From Desulfosudaceae bacterium (GTDB lineage Bacteria > Desulfobacterota > Desulfobacteria > Desulfobacterales > Desulfosudaceae), in contig CAXXDV010000003.1 of NCBI GenBank assembly GCA_963674745.2, positions 1,152,001 to 1,216,000 of the forward strand: a DNA stretch of 64,000 nucleotides, given 5' to 3'. Position numbers and translations under genes: made by a program. Positions 28,204-38,288 of the stretch are shown here, one piece after another (within the stretch, counting starts at the first letter, position 1; each line of letters begins with the position of its first letter). The notes under the pieces were generated by a model, which saw nothing but the letters and a program-made list of their open reading frames with translations, did no database searches and had not been told where the DNA came from.

Positions 28204-29022
28204 ATGATTACCATTACAGACCTGATGAACCTGTCGGATGAAGAACGGGCGAAATTGAAGAAAGGGGTAGTCAAGGAACTGGTCATCGGCGCCTGGGCGC
28301 CCCGGGAGCCGCAGATCATGAAGCTGCTGCTGAACACCCTGGGGCCGAAGAAGATATTTTCCCATAAAACGCTTCTTCGGCTTATCGATCGCCTGGTCGG
28401 TCTTTCTTTTTATACCCAGGTGGCCACGTACGAGGAGATGGTGACATTCATCAATTCCATCCCGGATGATTTTACGATTGTCTGCGGACCATGTGCCTGC
28501 CGCAAAAACACCCTGACCGAAGCCGGCAACGATGCCCGGGATTTCGCGGGCGGGCGGTTGGACCTGTGTCAGCCGTCGCCGCTGAACCTGGACATCCAGT
28601 TCGGGGTGTGCGGCGACAAATTCCAGTCTTGCGAGGGGTATGAACCCATCTCAAAGCAGGGGCTGCTGGAACTCGAGCAGCAGACCCGGAACATGGGGCT
28701 GGTATCAAATGTCTATCTCATGCTGGGCGGGGAGGGGAGTATCTGCCATTGTTCTTCGGCCACATGCGTGCCGCTGATCGTTTATAATCATTTAAACGAC
28801 AGCCGGGCCAAAGTGATCAAGAAGGGACAATACCTTGCCGTTACCGATCCGGCGGCCTGTGATAATGTCGGCGATTGCACCCGGGTCTGTCATTTCGGGG
28901 CCAGGACCCTGGTGGAAAAAGACGGTAAAGCGCAATTACGGTACGAGCCGGCCAGGTGTTATGGCTGCGGGTTGTGCGCTTATGTCTGCCCGAATGAGGC
29001 CATTACCATGATGCCCCGGTGA
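28204..29022 (+). CDS. 4Fe-4S ferredoxin-domain protein
   Basis: CGPCACR, ICHC..C, CxxxxxCxxxC and CYGCGLCAYVCP; GGAGGG RBS before ATG 28204 (TTG 28141 possible). Confidence 0.82.
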   Translation: MITITDLMNLSDEERAKLKKGVVKELVIGAWAPREPQIMKLLLNTLGPKKIFSHKTLLRLIDRLVGLSFYTQVATYEEMVTFINSIPDDFTIVCGPCACRKNTLTEAGNDARDFAGGRLDLCQPSPLNLDIQFGVCGDKFQSCEGYEPISKQGLLELEQQTRNMGLVSNVYLMLGGEGSICHCSSATCVPLIVYNHLNDSRAKVIKKGQYLAVTDPAACDNVGDCTRVCHFGARTLVEKDGKAQLRYEPARCYGCGLCAYVCPNEAITMMPR

Positions 29023-29315
29023 AGGGCGACCCGCCGGTCGCCCCTACGGGCCGGGGGTAAAATGGTTGATCACAGGAAATTGCACCTGCATTTGTTCACA
29101 AGCGGGCACGGCACGCCGTGCCCCTACGGGCCGTGGTGGGCGTCCATGAAATCGAGGTATGCGCTCATTAATATTGTAGGGGCAGGCCCCCGTGCCTGCC
29201 CTGATGAAGGGCAACCACAGGGGGTTGCCCCTACGGGCCGTGGGTAAAATGGTTGATCACAGGAAATTGCACCTACATTTGTTTACAAGCGGGCACGGCA
29301 CGCCGTGCCCCTACG
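29020..29315. repeat. REP cluster with a duplicated ~70-bp module (AAATGGTTGATCACAGGAAATTGCACCT...GGGCACGGCACGCCGTGCCCCTAC)
   Basis: Copies at ~29059 and ~29246; partial copy at ~31093. Confidence 0.85.
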
Positions 29316-29372
29316 GGCTCTGGATATAATGGGCAACCGAAGGGCATGACGGAAAGGAAGGAGGGGGTCGAT

Positions 29373-30035
29373 TTGTTTCCATTATTAAAAACACTGCAGT
29401 CTTTGAAGCGGGCGAAGCTGATCGGGTTGATTATGCTGTGCGCGGTTTGCGCCTTCTGCCTGGTGGTGGCGCTGGTGGTCGGGCTGACCTGGCTGGCCGC
29501 TTATTTTGTTAATTTTGAAACCGGCTGGCTGAACACCTTGTTCAATTCCGGGTTCGGGGTGGCCATGGGCGTTGGCGGCTGGTTTATGCTGCCGGTTTTT
29601 ACGGTGCTGATCGCCGGATTTTTCCAGGAAACGGTCATCAGGCGGGTGGATAAAGTTTATTATCCGGAATCACAGGCAAATGAAGCCCCGAGTTTCATGG
29701 CCGAATTGGTCCATGATATCAAGTTTACCTGTTTTGCTTTGTTTTTGAATGTCATTGTGCTGCCGTTGTACCTGATCGGGATCGGGTATGTGCTTTCCAT
29801 AGCTTTAAACAGTTACCTGCTGGGCCGGGAGTTTTTTGAAAGCGCGGCCGGATACCATATCGGCAAGGACGAGGCCGGAATGCTGGGCAAAAAGAACCGG
29901 CGGGCCCGGTACCTGGGGGGACTGATGGTTACGCTGATGACCCTGACACCGTTTGTTAACCTGTTTGCGCCTATTGTCGGAACCGTCTGGATGGTGCATG
30001 TGTATCAGGGGATTGCCGGCAAGAACGGGAGATAG
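29373..30035 (+). CDS. EI24/CysZ-like membrane protein
   Basis: IAGFFQETVIRRVD..YYP, NSYLLGREFFE, PFVNLFAPIVG..WMVH; TTG start after AGGAGGGG. Confidence 0.8.
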   Translation: MFPLLKTLQSLKRAKLIGLIMLCAVCAFCLVVALVVGLTWLAAYFVNFETGWLNTLFNSGFGVAMGVGGWFMLPVFTVLIAGFFQETVIRRVDKVYYPESQANEAPSFMAELVHDIKFTCFALFLNVIVLPLYLIGIGYVLSIALNSYLLGREFFESAAGYHIGKDEAGMLGKKNRRARYLGGLMVTLMTLTPFVNLFAPIVGTVWMVHVYQGIAGKNGR

Positions 30036-30281
30036 AGTTTTAGGTTCAAGGTCCAGGGTTTGATGTCTGGCCGTAGGGGCACGGCGTGCCGTGCCCTTTT
30101 GTCATGATTACGGGGTTTGGGTTTGGGGCACGGCACGCCGTGCCCGTACGGGTGTATCTGCCCCGCAGATTCGGGACCCGGATCTCGTCCGTGTCATCGT
30201 TTTTTTTTGGTAACAAAATAAAGAAATTGATATAATATAAACGTACGCTATTTGATTAACTTCATATAAGGACTGACGGTT

Positions 30282-30701
30282 ATGTTTACCAACATTCTCG
30301 TTCCCGTGGATTTTTCCGAAGACAACAAGAAAGCCCTGGATATCGCATTTTCCATGACCCGGCAGGACAATGGCGTCATCACCTTGCTTCATGTTATTGA
30401 AACCATTGATGACGCGGACTTCATGGAAATAAAGGACTTTTACGGCCAGCTTGAAAAACGCGCTACTGCAGCCATGGATAAACTGATGGTGTCGCTGGAG
30501 GGCGGTGATGTGACCATCAAGCAGAAAATCCTGTTCGGTAACCGGGCCGCCCAGATTCTGCAGTTTGCCCTTGAGCGCAAGGTCGATTTGATCGTGTTGA
30601 GTTCACACCGCATCGATCCCGAAGAACCGACCAGGGGCTGGGGCTCCATCAGCCATAAGGTGGGGATATTGAGCCAGTGCCCGGTGCTGCTGGTGAAGTA
30701 G
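30282..30701 (+). CDS. Universal stress protein
   Basis: ILVPVDFSE, LLHVIE, DLIVLSSH, GSISHKV...CPVLLVK. Confidence 0.92.
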   Translation: MFTNILVPVDFSEDNKKALDIAFSMTRQDNGVITLLHVIETIDDADFMEIKDFYGQLEKRATAAMDKLMVSLEGGDVTIKQKILFGNRAAQILQFALERKVDLIVLSSHRIDPEEPTRGWGSISHKVGILSQCPVLLVK

Positions 30702-31082
30702 GGGTTAATGTGGTTAGGTGATTAAGTGGTTATGTAGACAGGGCTTGAGGTCGTAATTTAACCCGCTTCGCGGGGGAAATATCCAGGTTCAGGGACGTTC
30801 TCAATTGTTGTAGGGGCAGGCCCCCGTGCCTGCCCGGTTAAGGGCAACCACAGGGGGTTGCCCCTACGGACCGGGGAGAGCGTTCGTGAAATCGTGGTGG
30901 GCGTTCATGAAATAATGTAGGGGCAGGCCCCCGTGCCTGCCCGGTTAAGGGCGACCACAGGGGGTTGCCCCTACGGACCGGGGAGGGCGTTCGTGAAATC
31001 GTGGTGGGCGTTCATGAAATAATGTAGGGGCAGGCCCCCGTGCCTGCCCGGTTAAGGGCGACCCGCCGGTCGCCCCTACGGG
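30702..31082. repeat. 8-mer run, CCCGCTTCGCGGG hairpin and REP array (107-bp period x3)
   Basis: GTAGGGGCAGG at 30810, 30917, 31024. Confidence 0.85.
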
Positions 31083-31156
31083 CCGTGGGTACAATGGTTG
31101 ATCACAGGTAATTGCGCCTACATGGTCCGGAATGACAGGAAACCGGCGTTGTTGTT

Positions 31157-31729
31157 TTGAATAAATTATTATCTATCTTAGCTGTTTTCTATGGCGTTAT
31201 CGTTTGCTGCCTTTTTCCGGTTTCAGGTCAGGCCGGGGAGGTGACGGGCATTTTCAGTTGCTCGGCAGGCGTGGTGGCCACCCATGACGACTTTGGCCGG
31301 GCATTTGAACTGGATGACCGGTTCGAGATCGGTGTCATGTGTGAGGCGGCCAAACCATCCTGGCCGGTCGGTATTGTAGCGGCATACAACCTGTCCTACG
31401 GTCATTCCAAAACTGCAGATATCTTCTACTCCGAGACCCGGCTGGGTCTTAAGAAGGCTTTGGACCTGCACCCATCGGTAAAGCCTTATATTGCCGGGGG
31501 ATTCAACAGCCTGAGCGTTTACGCGGATATCCCCGGTGATGATGACAATGAAGGTACTTACGGCACCTGGTACGGCGCCGGGGTCAACTTCAGGTTGACG
31601 GATACCTGGCATATCAACCTGGGCTGGCGCCGATCCAGGGTAAACATGAAGCTGTTCGGCGAACGCCTGCACGCCGGGGGGGACCATTTTGACTGGTCCA
31701 TCGGTTATCGTTTTCCACAATCGCAATAA
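31157..31729 (+). CDS. Outer-membrane beta-barrel protein (OmpW/OmpA-like membrane domain)
   Basis: Signal peptide, KPYIAGG, GAGVNFRL, SIGYRF near the C-terminus. Confidence 0.72.
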   Translation: MNKLLSILAVFYGVIVCCLFPVSGQAGEVTGIFSCSAGVVATHDDFGRAFELDDRFEIGVMCEAAKPSWPVGIVAAYNLSYGHSKTADIFYSETRLGLKKALDLHPSVKPYIAGGFNSLSVYADIPGDDDNEGTYGTWYGAGVNFRLTDTWHINLGWRRSRVNMKLFGERLHAGGDHFDWSIGYRFPQSQ

Positions 31730-31733
31730 AGAC

Positions 31734-31776
31734 AAAAAAAAGAGTCAACGCCGAATCGGCGTTGACTCTCTTTCTT
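31734..31776. terminator. Bidirectional intrinsic terminator
   Basis: AGAGTCAACGCCGA-A-TCGGCGTTGACTCT flanked by A and T tracts between convergent genes. Confidence 0.8.
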
Positions 31777-31800
31777 TAAGCAGGGCCTCGAAATTTTTTA

Positions 31801-32121
31801 CTAATCACCGGTTACGATTGTGGTTGTTTTGTTGACAATGCCCAGCAGGGTGTCATAGTGGTAATCAACTGTTTTAACTTTGGAAATGCCACCGTTTGCG
31901 GCAGCCGTTGCGACGCTTGCATCACCGGTCGCAACCCACCCAAGATAGTTGACCATCTGGGCTTGCCCGGTTTTTGAGCCGATATCCAGCCCGCTGGCAT
32001 CATCAGGTGAGCACATAGGCGCATCATACTCAGAAATAAGGAAGCCCGGGCTATACGGACCAGCACAGCCAAACAACATCAGAACACTGATCAATGTGAC
32101 AAGAATACCTAATTTTTTCAT
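31801..32121 (-). CDS. TRL-like family lipoprotein
   Basis: Lipobox LFGC; KTG.A...YLGWVATGDASV..AA.NGGISKV..VDY...T.VTG; AAAGGAG RBS. Confidence 0.8.
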   Translation of the reverse strand: MKKLGILVTLISVLMLFGCAGPYSPGFLISEYDAPMCSPDDASGLDIGSKTGQAQMVNYLGWVATGDASVATAAANGGISKVKTVDYHYDTLLGIVNKTTTIVTGD

Positions 32122-32400
32122 AAATGATCTCCTTTAATTAAAGCCCCACTTAAATTAATATGAATGTACATGGCACAGCACCATGTATTATCATTTTGTT
32201 TGCGAATGAAAAGTCGATCAGTCCAGCCTCTTTAACCATAGTAGCAGATTGAGACCATATGCGTTTTGAAGTTAAGTGATGAATTGAATAAATAATATAT
32301 TGTAATACCGGGTTTAAGTCAATATGTTTTTGGCCATCCAATGAGCCATATTTTTCCTGTCGCAGGCGGGTAAATTCTTTGACAGGTAATCCCCAATATT

Positions 32401-32458
32401 GTAGGGGCAGGCCCCCGTGCCTGCCCGGTGAAGGGCAACCACAGGGGGTTGCCCCTAC
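32401..32458. repeat. Isolated REP doublet
   Basis: GTAGGGGCAGGCCCCCGTGCCTGCCCGGTGAAGGGCAACCACAGGGGGTTGCCCCTAC. Confidence 0.9.
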
Positions 32459-32671
32459 AATTAAAATATGATTTATAAAAACCTGACCTTCTTCTCAAAC
32501 AACCGGTAAGCGTTTAAAATCAATTTAAATCCGAAAGGTTATCAGCGGCAAGGCACAAAAAAAACATTGACAGACCTGGATTCTTTGGTCATGATATCCG
32601 GAAATCTAATGGGTAAGGGGTTCCACGTAATTTTTTAAGTTGGTTTTTTATTAATTTAAAGGAGGGAGGAC

Positions 32672-34040
32672 GTGATGAGAAGAGGGGTATTAATTGTATT
32701 ATTGCTGTTATTGGCCATGCCGGTTTACGCCCTGAACATACCGATGGCAGCGGATTCGGATGTGAAGTTTGATATCGGTGGTGATGTCCGGTTACGGTAT
32801 TATGATTTTGAAAATTTTTGGGATTTCAATGATGATACCCGTTTTGATGATTTTGAAACCTTTCGTCTTCGGACCCGCATTTATACCAAGGTCTCTTTGA
32901 CGGACAATGTTTCCGGGTTTGTCCGGCTGGGTAACCAGACTTATGGCGAAAACATCGGAAGCACCGGAAAGAACAATGATGACAATGTGTTTGTGGACAA
33001 TGCCTACATTGATGTCCAGAATTTCTTCGGTCTTCCCCTGTCCCTGCGGGTCGGTCGTCAGAACCTGATGTATGGTACCGGGTTCGTGCTGTTTGACGGC
33101 GAGTCTGAAGCCGCTTCCACGACCATTTTTTTTGACGCTGTCAAGCTGTCCTTGAAAGTTTCCGACAACCTTAAAGTGGATGCCCTGTATGCCGTTGATG
33201 AAGAAAACAGCCGGGCCGAGAATCCTTCGGATGACGTCTACCTGACCGGTACTTACATTACTGCCAATTGCCCGGTAATGGGCGGTCAGCAGGAAATATA
33301 CGCCTTAAACCGGGTTGACAGAGGAATCGACAAGGATATCTGGATGTATGGTGCCCGTCTGTCCAACAAGTTCGACTTCGGCCTGGACTATTCCGCTGAA
33401 TATGCCGTTCAGAGAGGCAATGCCTTCCGTGACGCTTCCGGCGTAAAGATGGACCAGGAAGCCCGCGGCTGCAAGCTGGAACTGGGCTACAATGTGCCCA
33501 TCGAGTCCAAAGACTTCTCTCTGCGTCCGTTTATTGGTTATGTTCTCATGAGCGGGGACAAGGACCATATGGACAATGAGTTTGAAGGCTGGGATGTGTT
33601 CTACGGCGGATGGCCGCAGATCGGTACCGGCGGATGGCCGCAGGTCGGCGACCTTCTGGCCTGGGTATCCATCAACATTCCGCCGAACATGAGCCCGAAT
33701 TATTTTAATGGCAACACGGTAATCGGAGAAGCCAATTATTCCAACCTGGAAATTGCCTCGATTGGCGCTCAGGTCGGTATCAAAAAGGTAAAGGCCAACA
33801 TTGTCTATTCACAGCTCAAATTTAATGAGAAAAAATTCTGCAAATTATGCGCCTAATTTAGTACCTTTTGAGGATGATGACGATTACGGCGATTATTATC
33901 AGCTGCAGTTGTCTTATCCCTACACAAAAGCGCTGACTTTTTCTTTGTATGCGGCCGCCATCGAGCCGGGTGATGCTTTCCCTGACTCCAATGATGACAT
34001 GGCCCACGAATTGTTTTTCGAGACGAACCTGGCTTTCTAA
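32672..34040 (+). CDS. Alginate-export-family outer-membrane porin, split by a +1 frameshift in an A6 run at 33830-33835
   Basis: Signal peptide, GGDVRLRY, VGRQNLMYGTG, FFDAVK; removing one A joins the 33801-34040 frame, which ends ETNLAF (OMP C-terminal Phe). Confidence 0.78.
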
Positions 34041-34067
34041 GTTTTACCGGTTCGTAAAGACCTGTTA

Positions 34068-34120
34068 ATAAAAACCGGAGATGATTCCTTTTTATCGGGA
34101 ATTGTCTCCGGTTTTTTTAT
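34068..34120 (+). terminator. Intrinsic terminator
   Basis: AAAAACCGGAGA...TCTCCGGTTTTTTT. Confidence 0.75.
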
Positions 34121-34500
34121 TTAAGTTTTAAGGTTTTAGAGTTTTAAGGTTTTAGGGTTTTGGTTCTGTGCTTAAGTGGTTATGTGATTATGTGGATGGG
34201 GTTTGAGGTGGGATTTAGCCCGCTTCGCGGGGGGATGATCGGAGACGGGGTTCGAGGTTCGGGGTTCGAGGCTCGAGGTTCGGGGTTCGGGTTCGGCGAT
34301 TAACCCGGATATTTCTCTGTAGGGGCAACCCCCTGTGGTTGCCCTTCACCTGGGCAGGCACGGGGGCCTGCCCCTACATTGTTCAGGAACATTCGCCACA
34401 TTCAGGAACATTCGCCACATTCACGGACATTCGCCCGGCCCGTAGGGGCAACCCCCTGTGGTTGTCCTTCACCAGGGCGGCCACAGCGGGTCGTCCCTAC
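34120..34500. repeat. Composite repeat: 8-mers, CCCGCTTCGCGGG hairpin, GGGTTCG 7-mers and reverse-oriented REP doublets
   Basis: Read directly; includes a tandem ATTCAGGAACATTCGCCAC spacer. Confidence 0.8.
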
Positions 34501-34584
34501 ACATTACCGGGCAGGTTGTTAAACAATAAAAAAGCGGGACAGCCTTTGGGCCGGCCCGCTTTGATTAAAACCGCTTGTTTGTAA

Positions 34585-35914
34585 TTAGAACTTCAGGATG
34601 GCGTCAAGTTGAACGCGGTCTTCATCTTTCCGGCCGTCCTTGTCTTCGTCTTCACGTTCGGTGAAAAAAACCCGTGGCATTCAGGTAAACATTGTCCGCC
34701 AGGAAATAGCGGATTTCGGCTTTATGCCCCCTGTTGTTGGTACCGCCGCCGTGAAAATCCGAATCCACGAACACGGCCGGGAAAGCATAGTCTTCCAGTT
34801 CCTGGTAGAGATATTTAACGTACAGGTCGCCTTTTTTCTTCTTGTTACCCGCGTCAAATCCGATCTGCCAGCCGGTGTCCCGATCATCACCGCCGTAAAC
34901 CAGCAGGTCGGCCGGATCGCTGTCACCCGGGTCAACACCGTCCTGAGTCAGATCATCGATATCCTGGTCGAGGTTCTTGATATAAGAGCCGAACAGGGAC
35001 ACGGGGACGGGCAGGATGCCTTTCATTTTGAGTTTGAAACCCAGCTCAAGGCAGGCAAATTCATTCAGCAGGTCGCCCTGGCTGTCAAAGATCATCTGCT
35101 GGCCGTATTTGTTGTTATAGCCGAGGAATTCCGTTTTATCACTCAGGATGCCGTTGTCCCACTGCATGTCATCCAGGTGGGTAAAGTCATAATACGTTGC
35201 GGCAGCGGTCAGGCTGACACCTTCAGCCAGGTCCATGACACCACCGGCCTGCCAGGTCGTCATGGCGGGATCCGTGTTGAAATCGTCCTTGGCGTCGAAT
35301 TCTTCGATCATCCACTGGCCCAGGTTGACGAACAGAGCCGTGTTTTCGTTTATTTTAAAGTTAAAAGATTCGGTGACACCTTCCGGGTTTACATCCGAGT
35401 CCCAGACCAGCGAGGAGGTGAACAGGGGGTTGGCCTGTTTTCCGGCCACGATGTTCATATTGTCGGTTGCCTTCCATTTGGCGTAAGCCTTGTCGATAAA
35501 GATGTTTTTTCCCCGGGCATGGCCGTCAAAACTCTGGTTGGTGGTGTTCTGGTAGCCGGAACCCGAGGCCAGTTGCAGGCCCACTTCTGTGGTTTCGGAG
35601 GTTTTGGCGGTCATTTTGAACCGGAGACGAAACCGTTCCCGGTTGCGGTGATAGTTTTCCCCGCCTTCATCCCGCCACTGGGTGTCATGGCGCAGCCGCA
35701 GGTCGCCGCCCAGTTTAATTTTTTCAACCCAGGGGGGCATCATTGACGTCTCCAGTTCCCGGGCTTCTTCCGCCGTCAGGATGTTTTTTTCCACCAGTTT
35801 GTCGATGAGTTGGTTACCGTCGCCGGCAAAAACCATACCGGCAGACAGAAACGTGATCGCCAGCGTCAGAACCCCGGTTCGGATCAAGTTTGATTTTTTC
35901 ATTTTTTTCTCCAT
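34585..35914 (-). CDS. Putative porin (Porin_5-like), +1 frameshift in a T7 run at 34664-34670
   Basis: LIDKLVEKNILTAEEA, GGDLRLR, RERFRLR, LVWDSDVNPEG, DSDFHGGGTN; removing one base gives ...DRVQLDAILKF* ending at 34585. Confidence 0.78.
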
Positions 35915-36277
35915 GTTCTTGTTTTGGTTTAATTGGATTATTATTAAGAATTGGTTGGTCGTAATTAAAATTATTCTTAATAAATATCCCCCTCATCATA
36001 TATATTCAAATAATGTTTGAGTTTTGGTTTTTATAAAATACTTAATATACAGTCGCATTATTCAATATCTTTAAAATATATCTGGGTTCTGTTTTTCTTG
36101 TGTTAGTGCGAGATTAAGATTTAAATATTAGGAAAATATTAGGGAAAGATAAAAAGTTTGTAAGGGGTGAAAAAGTGATCTGGCGGCACGACATGTTTTT
36201 ATGTTGATCAAGCCGCATGGTGAATGTTAGATAAAATATTCCTTGTTTGATGGTAACTTGTTAAGGGTCTGCCGGCA

Positions 36278-36942
36278 TTGAAATCAAAAAATACTGAAAC
36301 ATCAACCGTTCTGATTCTCCGGGAAGCCACTTCCACCCGTCCGGTTATCCGGGTGGTGGATCATGACGGCGTTGAGGCGGTGGTCAAGGATTTCAGCCGG
36401 AACGGTTTTTTTTTACAGAAACATTGTCGGCCGATTCCTGTTATGGCGGGAAGTCAAGGCCTACCGGCAGTTGTCGGATCTGGAAGGGGTACCGCGGCTG
36501 CTGCAAGTCGTCCGGGGCAGGTCACTGATGGTAGAAGCGGTTTCCGGCACTGACCTGAAAGAGGCCGGTCTGCAGAAAAAACTCACCCCCGGTTTTTTTG
36601 AAAGTTTGAAAGACCTGGTCAACGAAGTCCATGAACGGGGCGTGGCCCATTGTGACTTAAAAGCGTCGGGAAACGTGCTGGTCAGCGGAGACGGCCGGCC
36701 GTTTGTCATTGACTGGGGCGCATCCATCTCCCGGACCGAGTTCCGGTTTTTCCCGCTGACCATGATTTTTGACCGCTTTGTGGTGGACGATTACCGGGCC
36801 ATTACCAAATTCAAATTGCGATACCTGCCGGAATCCGTTGGTGAACAAGAAAAAAACGCAGTATGAGCATCGCAGTTGGGCGGAAAAGTCCATCCGGGCC
36901 ATTCGTGACAGGCTTCGGAAATTTCTCCAGGCGATAGCATAG
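36278..36942 (+). CDS. RIO/Kdo-like protein-kinase-fold protein with two +1 homopolymer frameshifts (36406-36414 and 36850-36856)
   Basis: AVVKDF, REVKAY..L, HERGVAHCDLK..GNVLV, VIDWG; frames join after single-base deletions. Confidence 0.7.
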
Positions 36943-37025
36943 CTCAGGCCTCGATCGACCCTCTTTAAAATAAGTGCTGCTGATACTGGCACCGCTTACA
37001 ACATTGCATAAGTTGAAAGTTTTAA

Positions 37026-37129
37026 GTGATTATGTGTTTAAGTGATTATGTGATTATGTGATTATGTGATTATGTGATTATGTGATTAAGTGATTATGTG
37101 GTTAAGTGATTATGTGATTATGTGGTTAA
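37026..37129 (+). repeat. Tandem 8-mer (GTGATTAT / GTGGTTAA) x13
   Basis: Read directly; reverse-complement copies at ~37365-37405. Confidence 0.9.
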
Positions 37130-37226
37130 GTGGGCGGGGCTTGAGGTAAGAATTTAGCCCGCTTCGCGGGGGTGATTTCGAGGTTCGGGGTTTGAGGTTT
37201 AGGGGGATTCGTCCGGATATTTCACT

Positions 37227-37284
37227 GTAGGGGCACCCCCCTGTGGGTGCCCATCACCGGGCAGGCACGGGGGCCTGCCCCTAC
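37227..37284. repeat. Reverse-oriented REP doublet
   Basis: GTAGGGGCACCCCCCTGTGGGTGCCC...GGGCAGGCACGGGGGCCTGCCCCTAC. Confidence 0.85.
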
Positions 37285-37463
37285 AGGTTAACCACCAAAA
37301 ATTTTAAAAACCTTAACATGCTAAAACCCTCGAACCTATCCACGGTAACCGGGCATGCTTGTGATCACATAAACACTTAACCACCTAAACACATAATCAC
37401 CTAAAAACTTTAAAACCAAAAATCGCCCGATAGCCTGGATTTTAATTACCCGCAGGGAGGGGC

Positions 37464-37901
37464 TCACTCCTTCACCGATTTTCCCATATAATCATCCAGG
37501 GCCCGTTTGACGGTTTCCGCGGAAAGAAAGGCGCAGTGCTCATGATCTTTGGGCAGCCCGTCCACAATATCCAGGATCATGTCCCCGTTGAAATCGGCCA
37601 GTTCCTCGGGACTTTTGCCGTTGGCCAGTTCGGCGGCATAAGAACCGCAGACCACACTTGGCCCGCAGCCGTCTGTCATGAATGACGCGGCCACCACCCG
37701 GCCGTTTTCAAATTTTAGAAAAATTTCCATGGTATCGCCGCATGTTCCGGTCAGTTTGGCGTAACCGTCAGGCATATCAATCCGCCCCATGAATTTCGGT
37801 TCCCGCCAGCGTTTGTAGGCTATCTCACCGAATTCCTGGCGGGTTTCATTATATATTTCATCCTGGAGCTGATTTACAAAATCATCAAGTTCACTGTTCA
37901 T
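37464..37901 (-). CDS. NifU-N/IscU-like Fe-S scaffold protein
   Basis: GTCGDTMEIFL, TDGCG, EHCAFL. Confidence 0.85.
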   Translation of the reverse strand: MNSELDDFVNQLQDEIYNETRQEFGEIAYKRWREPKFMGRIDMPDGYAKLTGTCGDTMEIFLKFENGRVVAASFMTDGCGPSVVCGSYAAELANGKSPEELADFNGDMILDIVDGLPKDHEHCAFLSAETVKRALDDYMGKSVKE

Positions 37902-38288
37902 TATTTTACCTTTCCAATTCTTCTAATAAAACATATTTTTGATCAAATAACAAATGGTTAGATGATTCATAACTATTAAGCCGTGGCATGAAAAGGCTCA
38001 CGTGAAACACTAAAGACGAACCTCTTTAAACGCTAAAACGCTAAAACCTTAAACTTTCTTTCCTTATCGGTCCGGTTCGGACTGAACTCCGATTGTGACG
38101 CCGACGATGACCGGAATATCTATTTTGATCCTGTTTGTATTATTTTATTCGGGTTGTCAACTCGCAGCCTTGAAAAAATGGAAAAAAACTGCTAGATTCT
38201 AAAGAATATGCTAAAAAAATACTTTTTGGGGGGATTGTCAACTTTTGTAAAAATATTCCCGGTTCCAGTCAACAATCGGAGTGAAAAA

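Noticed and set aside
34640..35746. Long antisense ORFs (34640-35746, 42428-43519, 19587-20582, 11216-12205)
   Set aside because: They are shadows of well-supported genes on the opposite strand and have no family motifs
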